Assembly (NCBI GenBank): GCA_045638265.1
Contig: JAZUBA010000044.1
Coordinates: 146,862-210,861 of the forward strand
Reading direction: 5' to 3'
DNA: 64,000 nt
DNA from: Alphaproteobacteria bacterium
GTDB taxonomy: Bacteria > Pseudomonadota > Alphaproteobacteria > CAAHEQ01 > UBA3637
The notes under the pieces are model-generated. The model worked only from the letters and a program-made list of their open reading frames with translations. It was not told the origin of the DNA and did no database searches. The stretch's first letter is position 1. The number at the start of each line of letters is the position of its first letter. Shown piece after piece: positions 9,032 through 18,731 of this stretch. Both the position numbers and the translations under genes were made by a program.

Positions 9032-10849
9032 TTGCAATTTGTGCAAGTAATGGTATTAAGTTTGGTTGCCACGACACAGGCTTGGTCTGCTCCGGCTACA
9101 TTAAATGATGCTGTTACGTTAAATGAAGTGCGTACAGATGCGAAAACACCGGTGGAAACAGACCCACAAACTCAAATAGATAATTATCAATATCAAATTG
9201 ATGGTAAATACGTTCTTGATCCATCAAAAGTCATTGCCAAAGGTGATTTTGATTATCTTGATAAAAACGGAGACAGAACCAATTTAGGTGCTAATGATAA
9301 TCCGGATTATGTTTTAAGTGCTTCAAATGGCAAAGATTATGATGCTGCTAAAGGTGATAAAATTCTTGAAAGCGATTATACGGTTTCAACTTCAAAAGGC
9401 AGTCTAGGATTAGATAAAATCAAAACAGATACAGATGGTAATTTAAGTAAAGACGGTTATACATATAATGGTATTTCTTTAGAAACATCAGTTTTGGACC
9501 GAATCGATAGTGGTGCTTATACATACACAGACAAAAATGGCAAAGAATATGCTTTGCAAGTTGTACAAGATGCGAGTGGTAACTATATCGGTGTTATTCC
9601 GAAAGATTTAGTCAGTGATTCGGTTGCTGTTACAAATGCAAATCAAGCATACGGCAAATTTACGCAAGACCAAACAGCATATAATGGTATTTATGAAACT
9701 TGGTCAAATGATAATGACTCATATCAAAATACTTTGAATAACTATAATGAAGATGTTGATACATTAGGTAAATATGAAGATAACTACAAAACATTTGCTG
9801 ATGCTTCAACGCAATATGGTGAATTTGCTGCTGATGAAACAAAATATGTAAATTATACTGGTTCATTGGGTGGTATCATTGATAACCGTGCTGAAACGAT
9901 TGCTAAACAAACAGTTAGTGAAGCCATTAATGGTGAATTAGAAGGTTTAGACGGTATTGTTGGTAAAGTTGATGCTAATGAAGAAAATATTGCAAGCAAC
10001 AAAAAAGCTATTGAAGAAAATGCAACTGATATTGAAACGAATACAGCCAATATTGCTAAAAATACAACTGATATTGCAACAAATACAGCCAATATTGCTA
10101 AAAATACAGCAGCAATTGATGTGTTAAATGGCGATGTTAATACGGAAGGATCTGTCAAGCATACAGTTTACAACGAAGCTCAAAATGGTAAGTACGATGG
10201 CCAAGTCTTGAATGGTTCTGATGCAACAACATTGGGTGGTGCTTTGTCGGATACAATTGGTCAAGTTAATACATTAAACGGTGATGTTAATACGGCGGGT
10301 TCTGTTCAACATACAGTTTACAACAATGCTGAAAATGCTGTATATTCAGGTACACAAGTTGCAGGTACGTCAACACGTGCAACAGCAACATTAGGTAGTG
10401 CTTTGTCTGCAACAACCGAACAGGTAAATATCAATACAGGTAATATTGCAACAAATACAGCCAATATTGAAACCAACAGACAGAATATTGCAAGCAACTT
10501 GGCAAAAATTGAAACAAACCGTCAATCTATTGCTGATTTGAGAAGTGATTTCAATGCTCAAAATGTACGCAATGAAGCTCGTTTCAGTAAAGTTGAAAAG
10601 AAAATTGAAGAAGTCAGTGATGAAATGAATAAAGGCTTGGCCTCAACGGCCGCATTAACTTCTTTGGTGCCATTATCCAGCAGACATAGAACACAGTTGT
10701 CTTTGGGTATGGGTGGTTATCGTGATAAACAAGCGGTTGCTGCCGGTGGTTACCATTATGTAGCAGGCAATGTATTGTTAAATGCAGGCGTTGCTTGGGG
10801 AGGAGATAATAGTGTATCATACAAAGCAGGTGTAACTTACGGATTCTAA
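9032..10849 (+). CDS. Trimeric autotransporter adhesin (YadA-like). The main ORF is given as in the track (TTG start); the probable true initiation is the ATG at 8998, in another frame (see findings).
   Basis: C-terminal YadA-type membrane anchor (LASTAALTSLVPL...GVTYGF). Stalk repeats NTANIAKNTTDIATNTANIAKNTAAI, seen as a 27-nt exact DNA repeat at 10040-10066 and 10082-10108. Duplicated LNGDVNT(E/A)GSV(K/Q)HTVYN modules. Confidence 0.9.
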   Translation: MQFVQVMVLSLVATTQAWSAPATLNDAVTLNEVRTDAKTPVETDPQTQIDNYQYQIDGKYVLDPSKVIAKGDFDYLDKNGDRTNLGANDNPDYVLSASNGKDYDAAKGDKILESDYTVSTSKGSLGLDKIKTDTDGNLSKDGYTYNGISLETSVLDRIDSGAYTYTDKNGKEYALQVVQDASGNYIGVIPKDLVSDSVAVTNANQAYGKFTQDQTAYNGIYETWSNDNDSYQNTLNNYNEDVDTLGKYEDNYKTFADASTQYGEFAADETKYVNYTGSLGGIIDNRAETIAKQTVSEAINGELEGLDGIVGKVDANEENIASNKKAIEENATDIETNTANIAKNTTDIATNTANIAKNTAAIDVLNGDVNTEGSVKHTVYNEAQNGKYDGQVLNGSDATTLGGALSDTIGQVNTLNGDVNTAGSVQHTVYNNAENAVYSGTQVAGTSTRATATLGSALSATTEQVNINTGNIATNTANIETNRQNIASNLAKIETNRQSIADLRSDFNAQNVRNEARFSKVEKKIEEVSDEMNKGLASTAALTSLVPLSSRHRTQLSLGMGGYRDKQAVAAGGYHYVAGNVLLNAGVAWGGDNSVSYKAGVTYGF

Positions 10850-10872
10850 TTTGGTGGTTCTCCCCCCAAAGG

Positions 10873-10906
10873 CACCCTCATAGAAATATGAGGGTGTTTT
10901 ATTTTT
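10873..10906 (+). terminator. Rho-independent terminator of the adhesin gene
   Basis: 9-bp stem CACCCTCAT/ATGAGGGTG followed by a T-rich run. Confidence 0.8.
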
Positions 10907-10947
10907 GAAAAATGTCAAAACTAATACTTCATATTGTTAAATAGACC

Positions 10948-10976
10948 TTGACAATTTTGTTTTTTTAGTGATAAAT
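10948..10976 (+). promoter_or_regulatory. Sigma70-like promoter for ndk
   Basis: TTGACA (10948-10953)-N17-ATAAAT (10971-10976). Confidence 0.45.
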
Positions 10977-11015
10977 TACGTTCAGTTTTATAACAGCTAA
11001 CAAAAGGAGTAAAAA

Positions 11016-11438
11016 ATGGCTATTGAAAGAACTTTCTCTATGATTAAACCCGATGCAACGGCTCGTAATTTAACAGGAGCAATTAATGCTAAAATTGAAG
11101 AAGCAGGATTGCGTATTGTTGCACAAAAACGTGTACATATGACACGTCAACAAGCCGAAAGATTTTATGCAGAACATGAAGGTCGTCCGTTCTTTGAAGA
11201 ATTGGTTGAATTTATGTCTTCTGCTCCGATTGTTGTTCAGGTTTTAGAAGGTGAAAATGCAATTGTTGCTTATCGTACGGTTATGGGTAAAACAGATCCG
11301 GCTGAAGCTGATAAAGGTACTATTCGTGCCGAATTTGCCGAAAGTAAAGGTCGTAATTCCGTACATGGTTCCGATTCGCCAGAATCAGCCGCTCGTGAAA
11401 TTGCTCAATGGTTCAGTGTTAACGAAATCGTTGGATAA
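11016..11438 (+). CDS. ndk: Nucleoside diphosphate kinase
   Basis: [14 protein letters not shown]... and the NSVHGSDS active-site region; 140 aa. Confidence 0.97.
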   Translation: MAIERTFSMIKPDATARNLTGAINAKIEEAGLRIVAQKRVHMTRQQAERFYAEHEGRPFFEELVEFMSSAPIVVQVLEGENAIVAYRTVMGKTDPAEADKGTIRAEFAESKGRNSVHGSDSPESAAREIAQWFSVNEIVG

Positions 11439-11455
11439 GATTGACGGTATCAGAC

Positions 11456-11486
11456 AAAAAGCCGTGTTGTCAAACACGGCTTTTTA
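11456..11486 (+). terminator. Rho-independent terminator of ndk
   Basis: Stem GCCGTGTT/AACACGGC followed by T5. Confidence 0.8.
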
Positions 11487-11567
11487 TGTAAAAAAGAAAA
11501 TTGTTTATAAATTCTTAATGAAAATATGATACATTAAATAAGATGTACAAAACGATAGGAGTGTATA

Positions 11568-12497
11568 ATGACTGAACAACCACACATTCCGGTATTGCTG
11601 AATGAAGTATTAGAATATTTAAATTGTCAGGAAGCCGGTGTTTATGTGGATGGTACTTTTGGTGCCGGTGGTTATACACGTGCTATTTTAAATGCTAATA
11701 TTAGTAACAAAGTTTATGCATTTGACAGAGATCCGTCTGTTTGGGAAACAGCTGAAAAATTCAAAAAAGAATATGGTGAAAGATTTGTTTTTATTGCCGA
11801 TTGTTTTGGTAATGTATTAAGTCATATTTCGGAAAAAGTGGATGGTTTTGTTTTAGATATAGGCGTTTCTTCAATGCAGATTGATAAACCTGAACGGGGT
11901 TTTTCGTTTCGATTTGATGGTCCGTTAGATATGCGTATGGCACAAAACGGTATTTCAGCTCGTGAAGTTGTTAATATGTTTAGTGAGCAGGAGTTGGCAG
12001 ATATTTTATATAAATACGGTGAAGAAAGAGCTTCACGTCGTATTGCTCGTATGTTGGTACAAGAACGTTTAAAACATCCTATTATTACGACAAAACAACT
12101 TGCTGATTTAGTTCACAAAGTGATGCCTAAACCAAAAGACGGATCTGATAGTGCTATGCGTACGTTTCAGGCTTTGCGTATTTTTGTCAATGATGAGTTA
12201 AGTGAGTTAGAACGGGCATTGGAATCGTCTTTTGATTTATTGGCAACAGGTGGGCGCTTGGTTGTGGTAACGTTTCATTCGTTAGAGGATAGAATCGTCA
12301 AGAACTTTTTAATTCAAAATTCTGCTTTAAAACCAAACGGAAACAGACACATGGTTAAAGGTTACGAACCGTTGCGAAAATATGATTTTGAGGTAGCAAC
12401 CAAAAAAGCTGTGAAACCAAGCGAAACGGAGCTTAAACATAATTCACGAGCTCACTCGGCAAAATTGCGATGCGGTATTCGGTTGGAGGGTTTATGA
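11568..12497 (+). CDS. rsmH: 16S rRNA m4C1402 methyltransferase RsmH (MraW)
   Basis: HIPVLLNEVL, DGTFGAGGYT and TFHSLEDRIVK motifs. First gene of the dcw cluster. Confidence 0.95.
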   Translation: MTEQPHIPVLLNEVLEYLNCQEAGVYVDGTFGAGGYTRAILNANISNKVYAFDRDPSVWETAEKFKKEYGERFVFIADCFGNVLSHISEKVDGFVLDIGVSSMQIDKPERGFSFRFDGPLDMRMAQNGISAREVVNMFSEQELADILYKYGEERASRRIARMLVQERLKHPIITTKQLADLVHKVMPKPKDGSDSAMRTFQALRIFVNDELSELERALESSFDLLATGGRLVVVTFHSLEDRIVKNFLIQNSALKPNGNRHMVKGYEPLRKYDFEVATKKAVKPSETELKHNSRAHSAKLRCGIRLEGL

Positions 12498-13033
12498 AAC
12501 AATTGTTTTTAAATCTTTTTTGTTTTATGCTTGCCTTAATATCGGGTATTTCTCTGTTCGTTCTAAAATATCATGTTAAAGAATTGGAAGAAACATTAAA
12601 AGTAACGCATCGTGAAATTTTGCAAACAAAAAGAGATATTCATATGTTGGAGGTTGAATGGGCGCATCTAAATGATCCGGCTATTTTATTAGATATTGTT
12701 CAAAAACATACAAATTGGGAAATTATTTCGCCAAAACAAATCAGTATATTATCAGATATCCCGATGAAACCTGTTTTGTTGCCGGCAGAACCCGAAGTTG
12801 TATCTGAACAAAAAAAGGAAGACGGCGCTAAAACGGTTGAAAAGAAAACAATTAAAGAACAAATTAAAGTTGCTGTTTCAACATCCAAAACAAAACCAAC
12901 AGTCTTACAGCAATCATCTAAAAAGGGAACAAAAACAAAAGAAGTAACCAAACAAACTAATAATACAAAAGAAAGTTTTTCTTTGAAAAAAGGATCGGAA
13001 GCCCTTTCTTCTTTGAAAGAAAGGAGAAATTAA
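12494..13033 (+). CDS. ftsL: Cell-division protein FtsL (alphaproteobacterial type), trimmed to the ATG at 12494
   Basis: ATGA overlap with the rsmH stop. Single TM helix followed by a coiled-coil (EVEWAHLNDP). Position between rsmH and ftsI. Lys/Thr-rich C-terminal tail. Confidence 0.8.
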   Translation: MKQLFLNLFCFMLALISGISLFVLKYHVKELEETLKVTHREILQTKRDIHMLEVEWAHLNDPAILLDIVQKHTNWEIISPKQISILSDIPMKPVLLPAEPEVVSEQKKEDGAKTVEKKTIKEQIKVAVSTSKTKPTVLQQSSKKGTKTKEVTKQTNNTKESFSLKKGSEALSSLKERRN

Positions 13034-13035
13034 TC

Positions 13036-14784
13036 ATGTTTCGTAAAAAGAAAGAAATCTTTTATTATTTAGGGCAAGAAGTTCCTATTAATCCAGACGA
13101 TAAATATAAATGTTTGGATATGGCGACAAGAGGGGCATTACAGCAGGCAAATGCTCGCATTACGATTGTTATGCTTGTTTTTGGGTTGTGTTTTGCCATT
13201 ATTGCGGGTCGTTTGTTCCAGTTGAGTGTGATGAATTATCAGTCTCGTCAATTTACACCATCTGTTTTGAAAACAGAGATAGATTTTTCCCGTTATAATA
13301 TATTGGATAGGAATGGTATGATTTTGGCAACCAGTATTCCGACAAAAGATTTATCGGTTAATCCAAAAAAAGTCAAAGCAAAAGACAGAGCAGAAGTGGC
13401 CCGAAATTTAGCTTCTGTTTTGTCGGATGTATCGGAGGAAGAAATTTTGAAGAAATTAAATTCATCCGGTTCATTTCGGTATATTAAACGAAAAATTACA
13501 CCACAAGAACAACAAGACGTAAATTGGTTGGGATATTATTTTTTGCAGGAAACTCCTGGTGAAAAACGGGTTTATCCGCAAGGGAATTTGTTTTCTCATT
13601 TGTTGGGAACGGTTGATATTGATAATTATGGGACGTCCGGTTTAGAAAAGGCTTATGATAAAACGTTGCAGTATAAAGATTTAGTATTATCTCTTGATAT
13701 TACAGTTCAGGAAATTGTCCGCAAAACATTGCAGGAACAAATTGCCAAATATAAAGCAACCGGCGGTATGAGTTTGGTTATGGATGTGCGTACAGGAGAA
13801 GTGATTGCCAGTGTGTCTTTGCCTGATTATGATCCGAATCAGCCGATTGACGGGAAAGGTGATAATAGATTTAATAAGGCGACATTAGGTGTTTATGAAT
13901 TTGGTTCTGTTTTTAAATTATTTACTGTTGCTATGGGGTTAGATCATAAACTTATTAAGCCTACAGATAGTTTTGATGCGACAAAACCGGTTAAAGTAAA
14001 CCGTAAAATTATTTCGGATTTCAGAGGGCAAAATCGTTCATTGCTTGTGCCGGAAGTTTTGATTCATTCCTCTAATATCGGTGCTTATCGGATTGCCTCA
14101 AAAGTTGGGTATCAAAAGCATCGTGATTTCTTAAAAAAATTAGGATTTTATGAACCTTTACCGATTTTATTACCTGAACGAGCCAGAACACAAGTGCCTC
14201 GTTCAAAAAAATGGTCTGAGATTACAACAGCTACCGTTTCATACGGATATGGGATATCTGTTTCACCTTTGCATATTATCAGTGCTGTTTCAGCTTTGGT
14301 TAACGGAGGATATTATCGTGTGCCGACATTTTTAAAAGACGGAAACAAAGGAAAACCTGAATTTCAAGTCATTTCAGAAAAAACCTCACAAATTATGAGA
14401 CATATGATGTGGGGTGTCATTAATTGGCAGATGAAAGAAAATGATTTGGGTTATGGATATGCTATAGGTGGTAAAACAGGAACGGCAAACTTAATTAAAA
14501 ATGGTAAATATGTACAAGGTTCATCCAGAACGACTTTTGTCGGTGCCTTTCCGATGAATGATCCGAAATATGCCGTAATGGTTACATTAGAAGATCCGAA
14601 AGTCATCACAGAAACACGTGGGTTTAATAATGCCGGTTGGAATGCTAAACCAACGGGTTTAATGATTATGGAACGAATTGCCTCTTATTTGGGCATTGCA
14701 CCAGATGAACCATGGTCGCAACCGCCTTATATGAAACGAGCCATTACAAATTCATTAGAAGCTAAAAAAGCAAAGAGAAGGTAA
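13036..14784 (+). CDS. ftsI: Peptidoglycan D,D-transpeptidase FtsI (PBP3)
   Basis: N-terminal TM anchor, PBP dimerisation domain, and transpeptidase motifs (GSVFK as SxxK, SSN as SxN, KTGT). Confidence 0.95.
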   Translation: MFRKKKEIFYYLGQEVPINPDDKYKCLDMATRGALQQANARITIVMLVFGLCFAIIAGRLFQLSVMNYQSRQFTPSVLKTEIDFSRYNILDRNGMILATSIPTKDLSVNPKKVKAKDRAEVARNLASVLSDVSEEEILKKLNSSGSFRYIKRKITPQEQQDVNWLGYYFLQETPGEKRVYPQGNLFSHLLGTVDIDNYGTSGLEKAYDKTLQYKDLVLSLDITVQEIVRKTLQEQIAKYKATGGMSLVMDVRTGEVIASVSLPDYDPNQPIDGKGDNRFNKATLGVYEFGSVFKLFTVAMGLDHKLIKPTDSFDATKPVKVNRKIISDFRGQNRSLLVPEVLIHSSNIGAYRIASKVGYQKHRDFLKKLGFYEPLPILLPERARTQVPRSKKWSEITTATVSYGYGISVSPLHIISAVSALVNGGYYRVPTFLKDGNKGKPEFQVISEKTSQIMRHMMWGVINWQMKENDLGYGYAIGGKTGTANLIKNGKYVQGSSRTTFVGAFPMNDPKYAVMVTLEDPKVITETRGFNNAGWNAKPTGLMIMERIASYLGIAPDEPWSQPPYMKRAITNSLEAKKAKRR

Positions 14785-14787
14785 AAT

Positions 14788-17640
14788 ATGAAGTTTTCTG
14801 ATTTTTTGGAATATACAAAATTTTTATTTGATTCAGTTGTTTATCCTGATAATAAATCGGTAGATTTGTTCGTTGATAAAGACATTCTTGGTATAAGCAA
14901 TCAATCGGCGCAATCATGTGAGAATATGATTTTTGTTGCTGTTAAAGGTGCAAAATTTGATGGGTTGGATTTTGTTGAACAGGCTGTTCAAAATGGTGCT
15001 ATTGCTGTTGTATCTGACAGATTGATACAAACCAGTGTGCCTGTTATTTTAACATCAGATGTTCGTCATGCGATGGCAGTTATGGCAAGTGTACTTTATC
15101 CGACTCCCAATATGTGTCAATTAGCCGTTACAGGTACAAACGGTAAAACATCAACGGCGTATTTTGTTAGACAAATATTAAATCATTTAAATTGTTTGAC
15201 GGCAAGTATCGGTACAATCGGTATAGAATCACCCGTATATAATCAATCCTCCTCTTGTACGACTCCGGATAGTATATCAATGCATCGTGCTCTATGTGAA
15301 TTAGCTAATAAAGGTGTTCAGGCAACTGTTATGGAGGCATCCAGTCATGGATTACATCAAAAACGATTGGATGGTATTACTTTTAAAGCAACGGCTTTTA
15401 CTAATTTAACAAGAGATCATTTAGATTATCATCAGACAATGGCAGATTATTTAGATGCTAAAATGCTTTTGTTTACGCAAAGAACGGATAAAAACGGATT
15501 AGTTGTTGTGAATGCAGATACCCCAGAATGTGAAACAATTGTTTCAGCTGTTCAAAAACAAGGGATTCAGGTATATACATACGGTGTTAACGGTCAAGAA
15601 TTGAAATTATTATCACAAAAACCAACTGTTAACGGGCAGGATATTGTTGTCAATGTGTTAGGTCAAGAATATGCTTTATCTGTTAATATTTACGGTGAAT
15701 TTCAGGTAATGAATATTTTGTGTGCTGTTGGGTTGTGTTTGGGTGCGGGTTTGTCTGTTGAAGATATTATGCGTGTTTTGCCAAAATTACAAGCTCCTTC
15801 GGGTCGAATGGAATTAATAGATACGGTTAAAGGTTCTCAAATTTTTGTTGATTATGCACATACACCGGATGCTTTGGAACGTGTTTTGTTGTCCTTGCGA
15901 CCTCATACGGAAAATAGGCTTGTTTGTTTATTTGGTTGTGGTGGAAACAGAGATACGGGTAAACGTTCACAAATGGGGAAAATCGCTGAAAAATTGGCTG
16001 ATGTTGTGTATATAACTGATGATAATCCTCGTTTTGAAGATGCGGCACTGATTCGTCAGGAAATTAAAAAGGCTTGTCCAAAAGGGATTGAAATTGGTGG
16101 ACGAATTAAAGCCATTGGCACAGCGGTTCATTCATTGGAAGAGGGTGATGTTTTGGTTTTATGCGGAAAAGGACATGAAACAGGACAAACTGTTGGAACA
16201 ACAGTATACCATTTTAATGATAAAGCCGAAGTATTGGCGCAAACGGCATTGTTGAAAAAAGAAGTTTTATGGGATTCTTCTGAATTGTCTATGGTTTTTA
16301 ATACGCCTGTTTCTTCGGAAATTAAAGTAACAGGTATCTCTATTGATACGCGTACGTTAGAACCAGGTGATATGTATATCGCATTAAAGGGTGAACATTT
16401 AGACGGTCATCAGTTTGTTGAAATGGCGTTGGACAAGGGAGCTGTTGTTTGTTTGGTAGATCATTTGATTGATACTGTTCCTACCACAAAACAAATTGTT
16501 GTTTCAGATACAATGTTGGGATTGGAATCGTTGGCACGGTTTGCCCGTATGAGAAGTGAAGCGGTTTTTATCGGTATTACGGGGAGTTCCGGCAAGACGA
16601 CAACGAAAGAAATGTTAAAAGCCGTTTTAAGTGAACAAGGACGAACATTTGCCACATCAGGCAATTTTAACAATCAAATCGGTGTGCCGCTTATGTTGGC
16701 TCGGATGCCTTTAAACACGGAATATGCCGTGTTAGAGATGGGTATGAATCATACAGGTGAAATGACGTATTTATCTGATTTGGTTCGTCCGAATTATACG
16801 TTAATAACAGTTATTGGATCGGCTCATCGGGCTTATTTTAAGGATGATGGAGCTATTGCCGAGGCAAAAGCAGAAATATATACATATGCCGATAAATCTG
16901 GTGGAACGGTTATTAATAAAGATTGTCCTTTTTTTGACTTTTTGTCTGATGTTGCTCATCAATATGGTATTCGTAAAATTATTTCATATGGTAGTACAAA
17001 AAATGCCGATTTTGAAATGATTTCTTGTTCTGTTGGTGCCGGTCAAACTAAAATTAAAATGAAATGGCATGGGACGGAATATGCATATCAAATTGCTTTT
17101 ACGGGAAAACATTTTGCTTTGAATTCTTTGGCAGTTTTGGCAATGACGGATATTGTCGGTGCTAGTGTTGAGTTGGGTATGAAAACTTTATCACAAATAA
17201 AACCGACGTCTGGACGGGGTGCAACGGAAAAGATCAGATTAAAGAATGGTGTAGAAGTAACATTAATTGATGATGCATATAATGCGAATCCAATGTCCAT
17301 GAAAGCATCTATACAAACGTTAGGTGCATATCGTTTAGGGAGACGGATAGCCGTATTGGGTGATATGTTGGAATTGGGTGAAGAATCAAAAAAGTTACAT
17401 GTTTCTTTGGCTCAGACATTAATTGAGAATGATATTGATAGTGTTTATACGGTCGGTACTGAAATGCAGGCATTGTATGATGTATTGCCAAAAGAAATGC
17501 AGGGTTATGCAACAAAAACCGTTGATGAAATGATAAAAATACTTGACAATTCATTACAAGTAGACGATACGGTTTTAATAAAAGCTTCAAACGGGATTGG
17601 TTTGAACAAAATTATTCACGCCTTGAAAGGAGAAAAATAA
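14788..17640 (+). CDS. murE-murF: Fused MurE-MurF (UDP-MurNAc-tripeptide synthetase plus UDP-MurNAc-pentapeptide synthetase) in one 950-aa ORF
   Basis: N-terminal half has the MurE P-loop TGTNGKTST and DNPR-like DDNPRFED. C-terminal half has the MurF P-loop TGSSGKTTTKEML and DDAYNANP. No stop codon between the halves; junction near nt 16260. Confidence 0.9.
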   Translation: MKFSDFLEYTKFLFDSVVYPDNKSVDLFVDKDILGISNQSAQSCENMIFVAVKGAKFDGLDFVEQAVQNGAIAVVSDRLIQTSVPVILTSDVRHAMAVMASVLYPTPNMCQLAVTGTNGKTSTAYFVRQILNHLNCLTASIGTIGIESPVYNQSSSCTTPDSISMHRALCELANKGVQATVMEASSHGLHQKRLDGITFKATAFTNLTRDHLDYHQTMADYLDAKMLLFTQRTDKNGLVVVNADTPECETIVSAVQKQGIQVYTYGVNGQELKLLSQKPTVNGQDIVVNVLGQEYALSVNIYGEFQVMNILCAVGLCLGAGLSVEDIMRVLPKLQAPSGRMELIDTVKGSQIFVDYAHTPDALERVLLSLRPHTENRLVCLFGCGGNRDTGKRSQMGKIAEKLADVVYITDDNPRFEDAALIRQEIKKACPKGIEIGGRIKAIGTAVHSLEEGDVLVLCGKGHETGQTVGTTVYHFNDKAEVLAQTALLKKEVLWDSSELSMVFNTPVSSEIKVTGISIDTRTLEPGDMYIALKGEHLDGHQFVEMALDKGAVVCLVDHLIDTVPTTKQIVVSDTMLGLESLARFARMRSEAVFIGITGSSGKTTTKEMLKAVLSEQGRTFATSGNFNNQIGVPLMLARMPLNTEYAVLEMGMNHTGEMTYLSDLVRPNYTLITVIGSAHRAYFKDDGAIAEAKAEIYTYADKSGGTVINKDCPFFDFLSDVAHQYGIRKIISYGSTKNADFEMISCSVGAGQTKIKMKWHGTEYAYQIAFTGKHFALNSLAVLAMTDIVGASVELGMKTLSQIKPTSGRGATEKIRLKNGVEVTLIDDAYNANPMSMKASIQTLGAYRLGRRIAVLGDMLELGEESKKLHVSLAQTLIENDIDSVYTVGTEMQALYDVLPKEMQGYATKTVDEMIKILDNSLQVDDTVLIKASNGIGLNKIIHALKGEK

Positions 17641-18723
17641 ATGTTTTACTATTTATCGGCATTATCTGCTGATGTCAGCTTTTTAAATATTTTCAAATAT
17701 ATAACCTTTCGTAGCGGTGGAGCCTTAATGACGGCTTTTTTGATTATGCTTATTTTTGGTCCTCGTTTTATTTGTTGGTTAAAGAAAAAACAGGGAGAAG
17801 GTCAACCGATTCGGGAAGATGGTCCGCAAAGTCATTTATCAAAAAAAGGCACACCTTGTATGGGCGGTTTGCTTTTATTAACAGCCACTTTGGTTTCTTC
17901 CTTGTTATGGGCACAGTTAAGTAATCCGTATATTTGGGTATTGATTTTTGTTATGCTTGGGTTTGGTTTAGCCGGTATGGTTGATGATTACAAAAAATTA
18001 ACACAACACAGTTCAAAAGGTATTTCGGGAAAACAAAAGATTTTTGCTCAATTTATTATCAGTTTAATTGCGTGTTTATGGTTGATTTGTTTAGAAAAAG
18101 GTTCTATGGGAACAACTTTAACGGTGCCGTTTTTTAAAGATTTTATGATTGATTTGAGCTATTTTTATATTCCGTTTGTTTTGGTTGTTATGGTTGGCAG
18201 TTCAAATGCCGTTAATTTAACAGATGGATTAGACGGATTGGTTAGTGTGCCTGTTATTATGTGTTGTTTGGTTTTTGCTATTATTGCCTATTTAGTCGGA
18301 CGTGCAGATTATGCTCTATATCTTCATTTACATCAAGTGGAAGGAGCAGGTGAAATGGCTGTATTCAGTTGTGCCGTTATTGGAGCCACACTTGGATTTT
18401 TGTGGTTTAATGCACATCCCGCACAAGTGTTTATGGGTGATACGGGTTCATTAGCCTTAGGGGGTATATTGGGCGCTTTGTCCGTTGCAACAAAACAAGA
18501 ATTTCTATTGGCGATTGCCGGCGGTGTTTTTGTTATAGAAGCTCTTTCTGATATTATTCAGGTCGGTTCATATAAATTAAGAGGTAAACGAGTCTTTTTA
18601 ATGGCACCGATTCATCACCATTTTGAGAAAAAAGGATGGAGTGAAACAACAGTTGTTGTTCGTTTTTGGATTGTTTCTATTTTGTTGGCTTTATTGGCCT
18701 TGTCAACACTTAAAATCAGATAG
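17641..18723 (+). CDS. mraY: Phospho-N-acetylmuramoyl-pentapeptide transferase MraY
   Basis: Polytopic membrane protein with NAVNLTDGLDGL, FMGDTGSLALGG and APIHHHFE motifs. Confidence 0.97.
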   Translation: MFYYLSALSADVSFLNIFKYITFRSGGALMTAFLIMLIFGPRFICWLKKKQGEGQPIREDGPQSHLSKKGTPCMGGLLLLTATLVSSLLWAQLSNPYIWVLIFVMLGFGLAGMVDDYKKLTQHSSKGISGKQKIFAQFIISLIACLWLICLEKGSMGTTLTVPFFKDFMIDLSYFYIPFVLVVMVGSSNAVNLTDGLDGLVSVPVIMCCLVFAIIAYLVGRADYALYLHLHQVEGAGEMAVFSCAVIGATLGFLWFNAHPAQVFMGDTGSLALGGILGALSVATKQEFLLAIAGGVFVIEALSDIIQVGSYKLRGKRVFLMAPIHHHFEKKGWSETTVVVRFWIVSILLALLALSTLKIR

Positions 18724-18731
18724 GAAAGAGT

